Positions 17,654 to 27,641 of a DNA stretch of 43,441 bases are shown piece by piece. The stretch comes from Sumerlaeia bacterium. GTDB taxonomy: Bacteria; Sumerlaeota; Sumerlaeia; SLMS01; JAHLLQ01. The notes under the pieces were generated by a model that saw nothing but the letters and a program-made list of their open reading frames with translations, searched no databases and had not been told where the DNA came from. The DNA lies in the NCBI GenBank assembly GCA_040219255.1, contig JAVJSW010000053.1, forward strand, positions 1-43,441. The letters run 5' to 3'. How positions within the stretch are numbered: position 1 is the first letter of the stretch; each line of letters starts with the position of its first letter. The position numbers and the translations under genes were made by a program.

Positions 17654-19459
17654 ATGACCGCTCTCCCCAACCACGCCAACTGGGACCTCACCCCCTACTT
17701 CCCCAGCTTCGACGGCCCGGAATTTCGCGCCCATCGCGAGCACTTGATCGCCAGCCTCAAGCAGCTCGGCGACGACGCCCGCGCCCTTGGCTCCCTCACC
17801 GTGGAGAACGCCGACGCCTGGGCCGACCTCTACCTGCGCGACGAAACCATCGGCGCCAACTACTCCCACATCGCCAGCTACATCGGCTGCCTCTGCTCCG
17901 ACGACGCCCGCAACGAGGCCTACAAGGCCGAGCAAGGCCGCCTGGCCCAGATCGGCGCCATCGCCAAAAAGGCCATGGTGCCCTTCGAAGCCGCCCTGCG
18001 CGATTGCTCCGACGAGGCCTTCCAAGCCCTCGCCTCGAATCCCAAAGTCGCCGACAGCCGCTACGCCCTCCAGCGCGACCGCACCCGCGCCCGATACAGC
18101 ATGGGGCCCGAGCTGGAAACCCTCGCGGCGGACCTTTCCGTCGATGGCTTCGGCGCCTGGGGGCGCCTCTACAACAACATCGCAGGGACCCTCGAGTTCG
18201 AAATGCGCTGGCCCGACAGCCGCGTCGAGATGGTCCCGATGGCGCAGAAGCGCTCCCTGATGGAGGACTCCGACCCCGCAGTCCGCAAGGCCGCCCTCGT
18301 CGGCAGCAACCTCGCCTGGGAAAAAGTCGAAACCCCCGTCGCCGCTTGTCTCAATGGCATCGCCGGGACGCGCCTGACTTTGAATCGCTATCGCGGCGTC
18401 GAGCACTTCCTCGATGTCGCCGCGTTCCAGAGCGCCGTGGACAAGGAAACCATCGAGACCATGTTCGCCACCATCGCGGACAACCGCCCGATGATTCACG
18501 ACTACCTGCGCAAGAAAGCCAAACTCATCGGCAAGGACAAGCTCGGCTTCCAGGACCTCAGTTGCCCCCTGCCGGCCAGCGGGGACACGCGCTATTCCTG
18601 GCCCCAGGGCACCGCCATGGTGCTCCAGGCTTTCGACTCTTTCTACCCGGCGCTCGGCCAGTTCACCCGCCAGATGCTGGACAAACGCCGCGTCGAGAGC
18701 GAAAAACGCCCCGGCAAACGCCCCGGCGCCTTCTGCACCGGATCCCTGAAAATCCGCGAAAGCCGCGTCTTCATGACCTACGGCGGCAGCCTCGGCGACA
18801 TCTCCACCCTCGCCCACGAACTCGGCCACGCCTTCCACAGCTACGTCATGCGCGACCTGCGCGTGCTCCAACGCTCCTACCCTATGACCCTCGCCGAAAC
18901 CGCCTCGACCTTCGCCGAGAGCATCCTCAACAACGCCATCATCGCCGACGAGAGTACCCCGCAACCCCTGCGGCTTCAACTCCTCAACGCCGTCCTCGAC
19001 GACGCCGCCACGTTCCTTCTCGACATCCACATGCGCTACACCTTCGAGAAGGCCCTCTACACCGAACGCGCCGAAGGCGAAGTCTCCGTCAGCCGCCTCA
19101 AAGCCATGATGATCGAAGCCCAACGCGAAGTCTTTGGCGACATCCTCGCCGAAGACGAAATGGACCCGATGTTCTGGGCGTCGAAACTCCACTTCTACAT
19201 CACCGGCGTCACCTTCTACAACTTCCCCTACACCTTCGGCTACCTCTTCAGCCGCGGCCTCTTCGCCCTCGCCAAGAAAGAAGGCCCCTCCTTCCTCCCG
19301 CGCTACGAAGAACTCCTCCGCTTGACCGGCAACGACACCGCGGAAAACGTGGCCCTGCGCAGCATCGGCGCCGACCTGAAAGGCCGCGAGTTCTGGCAAG
19401 GCGCCATCGACACCATCCGCGAAGACCTGGCGCGATTCGAGGAACTGGCAGGGAATTAG
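17654..19459 (+). CDS. pepF: M3B oligoendopeptidase F
   Basis: WDLT N-terminus, GKRPGAFC, HELGH zinc motif, LAETASTFAE, FYNFPYTFG. Confidence 0.93.
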   Translation: MTALPNHANWDLTPYFPSFDGPEFRAHREHLIASLKQLGDDARALGSLTVENADAWADLYLRDETIGANYSHIASYIGCLCSDDARNEAYKAEQGRLAQIGAIAKKAMVPFEAALRDCSDEAFQALASNPKVADSRYALQRDRTRARYSMGPELETLAADLSVDGFGAWGRLYNNIAGTLEFEMRWPDSRVEMVPMAQKRSLMEDSDPAVRKAALVGSNLAWEKVETPVAACLNGIAGTRLTLNRYRGVEHFLDVAAFQSAVDKETIETMFATIADNRPMIHDYLRKKAKLIGKDKLGFQDLSCPLPASGDTRYSWPQGTAMVLQAFDSFYPALGQFTRQMLDKRRVESEKRPGKRPGAFCTGSLKIRESRVFMTYGGSLGDISTLAHELGHAFHSYVMRDLRVLQRSYPMTLAETASTFAESILNNAIIADESTPQPLRLQLLNAVLDDAATFLLDIHMRYTFEKALYTERAEGEVSVSRLKAMMIEAQREVFGDILAEDEMDPMFWASKLHFYITGVTFYNFPYTFGYLFSRGLFALAKKEGPSFLPRYEELLRLTGNDTAENVALRSIGADLKGREFWQGAIDTIREDLARFEELAGN

Positions 19460-19463
19460 TTTT

Positions 19464-19591
19464 ACCACGGAGACACGGAGACACGGAGATTCTTTTTGAA
19501 GATGCCTTAATCGACAATGAAGATATTTTTTTATTAATGAAGCTCTCATTTATTTCAGTTCCACCTCTCCGTGCCTCAACGTCTCCGTGGT
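19464..19591. repeat. Palindromic intergenic element: ACCACGGAG(ACACGGAG)2 inverted repeats around an AT-rich core
   Basis: 19464-19489 vs the reverse complement of 19566-19591 is 22/26 identical. The core is strongly AT-rich. Confidence 0.8.
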
Positions 19592-19605
19592 GAATTAAAT
19601 ATCCC

Positions 19606-20196
19606 ATGCTCCTCCACCTCTTCGACCTCATCGGCACCTTCGCCTTCGGCCTCGCCGGAGCCTTTCGCGGCGTGCGCCTGGGTCTGGACCTTCTCGGCGT
19701 GCTGCTGCTCGCCGCAGTGACGGGTACCGGCGGGGGGATCGTGCGGGATTTGGTGATTGGCGAGAGGCCCTACGCCTTCCTCTCCTACGAACCCCTCTCC
19801 ATCTGCCTCGCCGCGGGGATGATGGCGTTTCTGGCGTACCGCTGGTTCGCCAAGGGTTGGCCGGTGATTTTCTGGGCCGACGCGGTCGGCCTCGGGGTTT
19901 TCGCGGCGACCGGAGCGGCCAAGGCCATCGAGGCCGACTTCACCGTCTTTGGCGTGATTTTCTGCGGCACCGTCACCGCCGTCGGCGGAGGCGTCATCCG
20001 CGACGTCCTCACCAACGAAGTGCCCGCCATCATGCGCACCGGCTTCTACGCCACCTCCGCCATCATCGCCTCCGGGACCATGGCGGCGACGCGCGAGCCC
20101 CTCATCGCCGCCGCCGTCGGGACCACCGTTCGCTGGCTCTCCAACCGCTATAACGTGCAACTGCCCAAACGCCAGCAGCCGGACTTACCGGAGTAG
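19606..20196 (+). CDS. TRIC / UPF0126 family membrane protein
   Basis: Two internal repeats with TGTGGGIVRD and TAVGGGVIRD; DLIGT.AF and DAVGLG.F. Confidence 0.92.
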   Translation: MLLHLFDLIGTFAFGLAGAFRGVRLGLDLLGVLLLAAVTGTGGGIVRDLVIGERPYAFLSYEPLSICLAAGMMAFLAYRWFAKGWPVIFWADAVGLGVFAATGAAKAIEADFTVFGVIFCGTVTAVGGGVIRDVLTNEVPAIMRTGFYATSAIIASGTMAATREPLIAAAVGTTVRWLSNRYNVQLPKRQQPDLPE

Positions 20197-20200
20197 GCCC

Positions 20201-21460
20201 ATGCTCGCCGCCTTCACCCTCCTCCTCACCGCCGCCGCCTGCGCCCATCTGTTCCTCCAGGGCTTCAACCGCGTCGTCATCTCGATCCCCGACGGACCCC
20301 ACAAGAAACCCGCCTGGGCCGCCTGGTTCGCGGTCAGCACCCTTCTGCCCCTCTCGCTTCTGATGGTCTTCTTCGACGCCGAGCCAGTCCAGCAAGCCCT
20401 CCACCTTTCGCCCGGCAGCGCCCCCGCCTGGGCGCTCTTCCTGCCCCTCCTGGCGCTCTGGAGCTTCGGCGCCTGGAGGCTCGCCGCCTGGCTCCGGTGG
20501 CGCCTCCGCCGCACCGAGCCCTCCCCCGCCATCGTCCGCCAGACCGCCCGCGTCGCCAATCTGCCCCGTCCCGAAAGCTGGCTCCATCGCCCGCTCCAGC
20601 GTTGGGAAACCACCTTCGACCTGGAAGTCGTCGAGCGCGAACTACTCGTCCCAGGCCTCGATCCGGTCTTCGATGGGTTCGTCCTGGCCCATGTGGCGGA
20701 TCTGCATTACGAATCCGCCGATGGCCGGACCGAGTGGTTCGCCGAAGTCACTCGTCTGGTGAACGCCATGCGCGCCGACGTCGTCGTCTTCACCGGCGAC
20801 TTTGTGAACCGGGGCTCCCTGATCGACGAGTCGGTCCGCCTTCACGCGACCATGCGGGGGCGCTTGGCGACGCTGGCGGTGATGGGAAACCACGATTACT
20901 GGACCAACCCGAGGACTGTCCGAGAGGCCTGCCGACGGGCTCGTATCCGCACCCTGCACCACCGCCGCACGACCATCGAACGCGGCCCCAGCCGCCTCAC
21001 CTTCACCGGCACCGACATGCCCTGGGGCGGACATTCGAGCCACCTGCCGGCACTCCTCCACCGCGAGCCCGGCGAGACGCTGATCCTCCTCAGCCACAGC
21101 CCCGACAACGCCCCAGTCGCCGCCCGCGCCGGCGCCAGCCTCGTCCTCTCTGGCCACAACCACGGCGGCCAGTACCGCCTGCCCCTCATCGGCCCTCTGG
21201 TGGTACCGAGCCGCACCGGGCTCCGTTTCGACGGAGGCGTCTACCAACTGAACCGCGGCGCCTGCGTCCTGCACGTCAGCCGGGGCGTCGGCGCCAGCGG
21301 CCGGGGGCGCATCCTTTGTCCCCCGGAAATCGTCCGCCTCGTACTGCGCTCGCCCCAATCCCCGGCCAGCTCGGAAAAAGACGGCAAACCGGCTTGCGCT
21401 GACGAACGGTCTGGTTCAGTGCTAACCGCCTCACCCCAAGGATTCGCCCCCATTTCGTGA
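20201..21460 (+). CDS. Membrane-anchored metallophosphoesterase (YkuE/YaeI-like)
   Basis: ADLH, TGDF, GNHD, SHSPD and GHNHGGQ motifs; three N-terminal TMs. Confidence 0.92.
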   Translation: MLAAFTLLLTAAACAHLFLQGFNRVVISIPDGPHKKPAWAAWFAVSTLLPLSLLMVFFDAEPVQQALHLSPGSAPAWALFLPLLALWSFGAWRLAAWLRWRLRRTEPSPAIVRQTARVANLPRPESWLHRPLQRWETTFDLEVVERELLVPGLDPVFDGFVLAHVADLHYESADGRTEWFAEVTRLVNAMRADVVVFTGDFVNRGSLIDESVRLHATMRGRLATLAVMGNHDYWTNPRTVREACRRARIRTLHHRRTTIERGPSRLTFTGTDMPWGGHSSHLPALLHREPGETLILLSHSPDNAPVAARAGASLVLSGHNHGGQYRLPLIGPLVVPSRTGLRFDGGVYQLNRGACVLHVSRGVGASGRGRILCPPEIVRLVLRSPQSPASSEKDGKPACADERSGSVLTASPQGFAPIS

Positions 21461-22527
21461 CGCCACCCTCTTCCCCCTCCGACAAGACCCGCGAGCGCAT
21501 CCAGGCCCGTCGCTCCAAGCGCAAAGGCAAGAAGGGCGGCTCGGACGCGCCCCCCACCGCCGCCACCACGGAACTCGGCAAGAAAAAGGACGACCACCGG
21601 CCCGAACCCTTCACCCGCGTCCTGCGGGGTTGGGCCGACGCCCTCTTCTTCGCCTTCGTCCTGGCGATGTTCATCCGGACATACGTCTTTGAATTGTTCA
21701 TGATCCCCACAGGCTCGATGACTTCCAGCCTGATCGGCGACGACGCCGGCATGGTGCGCGAACTCGACTGGGACGGCGATGGCGACGAAGACATCGTCGT
21801 CGATCAAAATGCCGTGGTGAATCAGTTCGGCAGCCGCGACCAATTCGTCGCTCCCCTGCACATATTTCTCCGCGACGAGCAAGGCCGCCTCGACGACCTG
21901 ATCCTCCTGGTCGCGGGGGATCGAAGTGCCATCACGGAAGCCTACGAAGCCACCGATCCGCCCTACAAGAGCCGCGGCCGCCGAGACATGATCCTGGTCA
22001 ACAAATTCGCCTACTGGTTCACCCCCCCCGACCGCGGCGATATCGTCGTCTTCAAGACCCCGGACCGGGCCGACCGAGGCGCCGCCTTCGCTTTCGACCC
22101 GGAAAAACCCGTCTACATCAAACGCGCCGTCGGCCTGCCGGGAGAGGAAATCACCCTCCAGCCGGTCAGCGATTACATCGCCCACTCCCCTTCGGACCCG
22201 GGGCGCGTTACCCCCCCGGAATTCGGCGGCCGCGAGCAGATCATGGTCAGCCAGCCCGTCCTCGTCGACGGCCAGCCCCTCACCGCCCCCCCCTTCGACC
22301 GCCTCACCCATTTCCCCCGCCCACCGCTCAACACCGTCCCAAACCCCGGCCAGGACCCCATGGTCTTCGACGTGGCCGAAGACGAAGTCTACCTCTTTGG
22401 TGACAATCAGCTTTCCTCCAGCGACAGCCGCTACTGGGGCGGAGTGCCCCTGAACCACATCCGCGGCAAGGCCATCTTCCGCTACAAACCCCTTCGGGTC
22501 ATCGGCTTCCTGAACGACAAGGATTGA
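21457..22527 (+). CDS. lepB: Signal peptidase I
   Basis: TM followed by F.IPTGSM (catalytic Ser), RGDIVVF, YIKR (catalytic Lys), GDN..SSDSRYWG. Confidence 0.93.
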   Translation: MTPPSSPSDKTRERIQARRSKRKGKKGGSDAPPTAATTELGKKKDDHRPEPFTRVLRGWADALFFAFVLAMFIRTYVFELFMIPTGSMTSSLIGDDAGMVRELDWDGDGDEDIVVDQNAVVNQFGSRDQFVAPLHIFLRDEQGRLDDLILLVAGDRSAITEAYEATDPPYKSRGRRDMILVNKFAYWFTPPDRGDIVVFKTPDRADRGAAFAFDPEKPVYIKRAVGLPGEEITLQPVSDYIAHSPSDPGRVTPPEFGGREQIMVSQPVLVDGQPLTAPPFDRLTHFPRPPLNTVPNPGQDPMVFDVAEDEVYLFGDNQLSSSDSRYWGGVPLNHIRGKAIFRYKPLRVIGFLNDKD

Positions 22528-22558
22528 TCGGCCAGCACTTCTTCGTCAGCCCAGCACG

Positions 22559-22586
22559 AAAAAGCCCCAGCCGAAGAGGCTGGGGC
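22559..22586 (-). terminator. Intrinsic terminator between convergent lepB and tlpA-like genes
   Basis: Stem gccccagcc/ggctggggc; the preceding A-run gives a U-tract on the minus strand. Confidence 0.7.
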
Positions 22587-22634
22587 GAACGCTTTCAGGC
22601 TTGGCCACTTTTCGTTTTCAGATCAGCCTTTGGA

Positions 22635-23291
22635 TCAAGAAGCCTCGGCCGCTTCATTCGCCTTGGCCTTTTCTTCTGAAGCTTTCGCAACGTCCTCAAG
22701 AGCCTGCTTGATCGCTTCCTTCAGTTCCTCGTGGGTCAATTGACCCAGGTGCGCCGAGAGCTTGTGGCCCTGCGCATCGAAGAGAAAGGTCGCCGGAAGG
22801 TTCCCCCTCCACGCCGCGTCGAACCACGGGATCAACTCGTTCGGGTCCATCGTGACGTCGTTCACCACAAGGTTGGCGTAAGGAATTCCCTTCTTCGCCA
22901 GAAATGGCTCCACCACGGATTCGGCGGTGTCCGCGAAGTCGAGAGACACCCCCAGGAACCGCACACCCTCGTCCTTGAATTCTTTCGAGGTCTCGGCGAA
23001 GTGCGGCAGTTCTTCCACACAGGGCCCACACCACGTCGCCCAGAAGTTCACCACCAGCACCTTGGCGCCATGGTCGAACATCAGGGCCTGCAATTCTTCC
23101 GACTCCACCACCGGAGCCTTCCCTGGCTCGGGCATCGGCGGAGCTTCGACGCCTTCCGGCGCAACGGGATGATCGGGCCGTTCCGCGAACCTCGCATGCT
23201 CTTCGCTCGGATGCGATTCGGCGTTTTGACCGAGGAGTATGCCTCCGGCGATCAGCATGGGGATCAGCAAAACAGTCAGTCTCAAGAACAT
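22635..23291 (-). CDS. TlpA/ResA-like periplasmic thiol-disulfide oxidoreductase
   Basis: Signal/anchor sequence, VVNFWATWCGPCVEELP, LPATF. Confidence 0.9.
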   Translation of the reverse strand: MFLRLTVLLIPMLIAGGILLGQNAESHPSEEHARFAERPDHPVAPEGVEAPPMPEPGKAPVVESEELQALMFDHGAKVLVVNFWATWCGPCVEELPHFAETSKEFKDEGVRFLGVSLDFADTAESVVEPFLAKKGIPYANLVVNDVTMDPNELIPWFDAAWRGNLPATFLFDAQGHKLSAHLGQLTHEELKEAIKQALEDVAKASEEKAKANEAAEAS

Positions 23292-23355
23292 ACAGGCCTT
23301 TCCTGGCGGGAATTCTGGGCGGACGAGGGGAACATGGGCGATGCCGCCCACCTCT

Positions 23356-24357
23356 TTAGGTCATCGGCTGCACGCCCTTGGCGTACTTGATCGAGCAACC
23401 GAACGCGCGCGTCTCCGCCACCATCGGCTTCTCGCCTTTGAGCACCGCCTCGACCGCATCCTGCGCGAAGGTGTCGCGCTCTTTGGTCTTCGGGTTCACA
23501 CTGCGGCCGCTGTCGAAAGCGCCATGATACAGGATTTCCATGTCGGGGCTCAGCAGGAACACTTCCGGAGTCCGCGTGGCTCCGAAACGCGAGGCGATGT
23601 CGCCCTCACGATTCACCAGCACCTCGAAGTTCTTGTCCGCCGCATGCTCCTGGATCTTCTCCACCGGCTTGTCGATCCCGGCGTCGATGGCGATCACCTT
23701 GACACCCTTCTCGCCATAAGCGGCCGCGAAGTCGTTCACCCGATCCTGGCACTCGACGACGTACGGGCAGTCCTGATTCCAGAACACCAGCAGCGTAGCC
23801 TTCTCGCCAGCCAGCGCGCTCAGCTTCTTCGTCTCGCCATCCTTCGCGGAGGGCAGCGCGAAATCGTCAACCTGATGACCGACCTTGTAAGCCTTGCCGG
23901 CTTCCGGCTTGGCCGCTTTACCTTCGGCCGCGGCCTGGATCACCTGCATCGCATCGCCACCGGCACCGCAAGCGGCCTTGCACGCTTCCGAGCACGACTT
24001 GGCTTCCACCATCTCCGCACCCATGGTGCAGACGGCCTTCTCACCACCCTCGGCGGCCGCGTCCACGCTCTTTGCGCACGGCTTGGAGCACGACGAGGCG
24101 GAGACGTTCTCCACCGTGTTGCTGGCGCTGCACGCCTTGGCTTCCGCCATCTCCGCACCCTTTGTGCAGACGGCCTTCTCACCGCCCTCGGCGGCCGCGT
24201 CCACGGTGGTGGACTTGCTGCACGCTTTGGCGCAGGAGGACTTGGCGCTGTCGTAAGAGGCGGACTCGGTGGACTTCGCGCAGTCCGATCCGGCCATGGC
24301 CACGCTGGCCATCATTGCGATCGCGGCCACAAAAGTTGTCAGGACTGAGTGCTTCAT
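23356..24357 (-). CDS. Secreted AhpC/TSA-like thioredoxin-fold protein with a Cys-rich duplicated N-terminal region
   Basis: Signal peptide; FWNQDCPYV, GATRTPEVF, YHGAFD, AFGCSIK; AGGAG SD. Confidence 0.88.
   Translation of the reverse strand: MKHSVLTTFVAAIAMMASVAMAGSDCAKSTESASYDSAKSSCAKACSKSTTVDAAAEGGEKAVCTKGAEMAEAKACSASNTVENVSASSCSKPCAKSVDAAAEGGEKAVCTMGAEMVEAKSCSEACKAACGAGGDAMQVIQAAAEGKAAKPEAGKAYKVGHQVDDFALPSAKDGETKKLSALAGEKATLLVFWNQDCPYVVECQDRVNDFAAAYGEKGVKVIAIDAGIDKPVEKIQEHAADKNFEVLVNREGDIASRFGATRTPEVFLLSPDMEILYHGAFDSGRSVNPKTKERDTFAQDAVEAVLKGEKPMVAETRAFGCSIKYAKGVQPMT
23992..24204 (-). repeat. 75-bp intragenic direct repeat (23992-24066 and 24130-24204)
   Basis: 70/75 identical; each copy encodes VDAAAEGGEKAVCTxGAEMxEAKxC. 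Confidence 0.9.
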
Positions 24358-24402
24358 GGGTATGGGCTCCTGTGTGAACGAAGCGTTCAAAAAGTTTGGA
24401 CA

Positions 24403-24432
24403 TTGAGACACATCACGGCGCCTCTCGGTTCC
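24403..24432 (-). promoter_or_regulatory. Possible ECF-sigma promoter for the thioredoxin-fold operon
   Basis: Minus strand reads GGAACC-N17-GTCTCAA about 45 bp upstream of the ATG. Confidence 0.3.
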
Positions 24433-24487
24433 ATCGGCAATACGGATAAGCAAGTCCCGGCCCCATAGAAAGGGAATTTCTCACAAC

Positions 24488-25375
24488 TTGCGCAGTTTGC
24501 CCGAAGCGCCCCGCAAATCCGGATCAGAGCGGTCTTTCGTTGCGATCATCGACCCGGCGAGGGAAACTCGCTCGTCGATTTCCTACATCGCGGTGGGACA
24601 AACCGTCGCGCCCCCTGAGCCTTCTTTTCCCAATCCAACCCCGGAGCCGCCACCCGTGCCCCCACTCCCCGCCGAGCCCCTCCCACTCCTCGCCCAAGCC
24701 GCCGCCCCCGACATCGCCGGCCTCGTCACCCTCGCCATCAACATCGCCTTCTTCCTCGTCATCGTCGGCCTGGGCGTCTTCATCGCGATTCGCCTCAAGC
24801 GCGGGATCGAAGAGCAACGCGAAAAGGAGGCGATCGAGGAACGGGCCTTCGAGAAAACGCTCCTTCAGGAATTCAGCAACTCGCGCCCATCGCCCTACGC
24901 CCAGCCCACCCTGGAGCAAGACCTCGCCGGCGTCCCGCTCGCGCAAGCCCCTCCAATGGAGCAACCGGAGGCGCCCCGCCCCGCCCCCATGACCGCCGTT
25001 TCCATCGGTCAGCCCCCCCCTCCCTCGCCCGCCACCGCCTCCACTCCGCTGCCTCCACCCCCCAGCGGCGTCCTCCGTCCCATCGACGCCCCGCCCGCCA
25101 ACCTCGACGAACTCGTCGAGCGCCTCCGAAACCTCGGCGTCATCACCAGCCCCGAAGGCCGCGTCGCCATGCCCATCCCCCCCGACGCCCCCATCTTTCG
25201 CCTCAAGGCCGGAGGTCTGTGCCTCCTGCTGCCACGCCTCGAAAGCGAAGCCTTCCTCGCCCACCAGGCCAAACGCTTCGACCTGGTCTTCGTTCTCACC
25301 GCCAACGGCACCGTCCTCACCCTGGCCCGCATGCAGCGGGAACTCGAACGCCTCGTGCAACTTCCCACGAAATAG
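24488..25375 (+). CDS. Single-pass Pro-rich membrane protein of unknown function (start uncertain)
   Basis: One strong TM, a Pro-rich linker and a small C-terminal globular domain; host-like codons. Confidence 0.65.
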   Translation: MRSLPEAPRKSGSERSFVAIIDPARETRSSISYIAVGQTVAPPEPSFPNPTPEPPPVPPLPAEPLPLLAQAAAPDIAGLVTLAINIAFFLVIVGLGVFIAIRLKRGIEEQREKEAIEERAFEKTLLQEFSNSRPSPYAQPTLEQDLAGVPLAQAPPMEQPEAPRPAPMTAVSIGQPPPPSPATASTPLPPPPSGVLRPIDAPPANLDELVERLRNLGVITSPEGRVAMPIPPDAPIFRLKAGGLCLLLPRLESEAFLAHQAKRFDLVFVLTANGTVLTLARMQRELERLVQLPTK

Positions 25376-25460
25376 CGATGAGCCGCGGTTGCGCCCGGCG
25401 GGGGCGGTGCGGCTTCATCTCGAAAACAGAAATGATTCCAACGACTGAGTTCCTCTCCCC

Positions 25461-26366
25461 ATGATTCCGCGCCTTCTTTCGACTCTCCTCCTGACCCTTT
25501 TCCTCGCGGTTGCCGCCACCGCACCTTCGGCACCGACTTCAACCGCCGACGAACCCGCTTCGCGGACCCTCACCGTCATGACTTACAACATCCGCGTCGG
25601 CCTCGGCCTGGGCGGGTCATGGAGCGGCCACGATCCCAAAGAAAATCTGCTCTCCATCGCGGAGCTGATCCTCGATTCCGGCGCCGATATTGTCCTGCTG
25701 CAGGAAGTCGACACCGGCGCCCGCCGTACCAACGAAGTGGACGAACCCGCCCTCCTGGCCGAAGGCACCGGCTTCCACGCCGCCTTCTCCCCCGCCCTCC
25801 AGCGCGACGGCGGGCACTACGGCATCGCGATCCTGAGCCGCTGGCCCCTCGAAGTCCAAACCGTCCAACTCTTCAAACCCGACTACAGCGGCAAGCCCGA
25901 CCTGCCGGACTGGTACGCCGAGCAGCGCGTCGCCCAGGTCGCCACCGTCCAGGCACCCGGCGGCCCCTTGACCGTCATCAACACGCACCTGGGCGTCACC
26001 AAGGACCAACGCCTCCCGCAGTTGACGCAAATTGCCACACTGGTCGATCGGGCTCCCCACCCGGTCATCCTCGGCGGCGACCTCAACGCCGAACCGGACG
26101 CGGAGGAATTGCTCCCGCTTCGCAACCGCTTGGCCGACGCCTACCACGACATGGGCCAGGGGCGGGCCGGTCTGCCCGCCGACCTTCCCATCGCCGAACG
26201 CCTGACCTTCCCGGCGGACGACCCAAACCGCTGCATCGACTATCTCTTTTATGCCCAATCCGCGTTCCAGCCCATCAAGACCGAGGTGATCGCCGAGAAA
26301 AGCCTCTCCGACCACCGCCCCGTCCTGGCCGTATTCGAACGCACATCCCCACCCACCGCGCCTTGA
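25461..26366 (+). CDS. Secreted endonuclease/exonuclease/phosphatase (EEP) family protein
   Basis: MTYNI, LQEVD, NTHL, GGDLNA, IDY, SDHRP; signal peptide. Confidence 0.93.
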   Translation: MIPRLLSTLLLTLFLAVAATAPSAPTSTADEPASRTLTVMTYNIRVGLGLGGSWSGHDPKENLLSIAELILDSGADIVLLQEVDTGARRTNEVDEPALLAEGTGFHAAFSPALQRDGGHYGIAILSRWPLEVQTVQLFKPDYSGKPDLPDWYAEQRVAQVATVQAPGGPLTVINTHLGVTKDQRLPQLTQIATLVDRAPHPVILGGDLNAEPDAEELLPLRNRLADAYHDMGQGRAGLPADLPIAERLTFPADDPNRCIDYLFYAQSAFQPIKTEVIAEKSLSDHRPVLAVFERTSPPTAP

Positions 26367-26461
26367 CGCCCCGGCCGCCCGGTCCCTACTGTTGCAACCC
26401 CCGGGAAGACCGCCACGCACGGCCTATAACTCCCAGGGAGATGCGAGGAGGAAACGCGGCG

Positions 26462-26662
26462 ATGATCCTGACTCTCAATGGTGAACAGCGCGACGATCTG
26501 GCCGCCGCCACGGTGGCGGACTTGCTCGAAGAACTCGGCCTCGGCACCCGTCCCGTGGCCGTTATGGTGAACGGCGAAGTCGTCCGCCGGGCCGAACAGG
26601 CCGGCCATCGCCTAAGTGACGGCGACTCTGTCGAGGTCATCAGCCTCATCGGTGGCGGCTAA
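26462..26662 (+). CDS. thiS: Sulfur carrier protein ThiS
   Basis: 66 aa; [15 protein letters not shown]-terminal IGGG; GAGGAG SD; upstream of thiG. Confidence 0.93.
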   Translation: MILTLNGEQRDDLAAATVADLLEELGLGTRPVAVMVNGEVVRRAEQAGHRLSDGDSVEVISLIGGG

Positions 26663-26717
26663 CCCCCGCGCCTCCCTTACCCCGCAACGCCAAATCCAAA
26701 GAAATCAGGTCCCCTTC

Positions 26718-27539
26718 ATGTCCACTCAAGCCCCGGAAACGCCCTCCCTCTTCCCCCACAGCTCCGCCGATTTCGGCGACGCCCCACTGCTTGTCGGCAA
26801 ACACACCTTCCACAGCCGCCTGATTGTCGGCACCGGCAAGTACCCCGATTTCCCCACCATGCGCCAGGCCCACATTGCCTCCGGCGCCGATTGCGTGACC
26901 GTCGCCCTGCGCCGTGTGGATCTGAAGAATCCCGAGAACAACATCCTCAACCACATCGACCTGGGGCGCATGACGCTTCTGCCGAACACGGCCGGGTGCT
27001 ATACCGTTGAAGAAGCCGTTCAGGTCGGCGTCATGGTGCAGGAAATGGAGCTTGGCGACCTCATCAAGGTGGAAGTCATCGGCGACCAGAAGACGTTGAT
27101 GCCCGACCCCATCGGAACCGTCGAAGCCACCCGCAAGCTCACCGCGATGGGTTTCACCTGCATGTCCTATTGCAGCGACGACATCGTGCTTTGCAAGCGC
27201 CTCGAGGAAGCGGGCGCGGCCGCCGTGATGCCTCTTGGTTCGCCAATCGGCAGCGGCCGCGGCGTCCTGAACCCCACCAACATCCGCCTGATCAAAGACG
27301 CCGCCTCGGTGCCGATCATTGTCGACGCTGGTGTTGGCTGCGCCAGCGATTGCGCCTCGGCGATGGAACTGGGCGTGGATGGCCTCCTCGTCAACACCGC
27401 CATCGCAAGCGCCAAGGACCCGGTGAAGATGGCCCATGCCATCCGCATGGCCACCGTGGCGGGCCGCCTGTCCTTCCAGGCCGGCCGCATGGACAAGCGC
27501 CTCTACGCCAGCGCTTCCACCCCACTCAAGGATTTCTGA
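26718..27539 (+). CDS. thiG: Thiazole synthase
   Basis: SRLIVGTGKY, LPNTAGC, KVEVIGD.KTL.PD, MPLGSPIGSG, DAGVG, ASTP. Confidence 0.96.
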   Translation: MSTQAPETPSLFPHSSADFGDAPLLVGKHTFHSRLIVGTGKYPDFPTMRQAHIASGADCVTVALRRVDLKNPENNILNHIDLGRMTLLPNTAGCYTVEEAVQVGVMVQEMELGDLIKVEVIGDQKTLMPDPIGTVEATRKLTAMGFTCMSYCSDDIVLCKRLEEAGAAAVMPLGSPIGSGRGVLNPTNIRLIKDAASVPIIVDAGVGCASDCASAMELGVDGLLVNTAIASAKDPVKMAHAIRMATVAGRLSFQAGRMDKRLYASASTPLKDF

Positions 27540-27641
27540 CCCGCCAGGGTTTTCCACAACTTCCCTTGCGGCCTTGGCGGCTCGCCTCTTGCATTCGACC
27601 GGCAATTGCCAATCGATTGATTTCCCTGGAGGACCGCCCTC

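Noticed and set aside
26367-26461. TPP riboswitch upstream of thiS-thiG
   Set aside because: No CUGAGA or other TPP aptamer core is visible.
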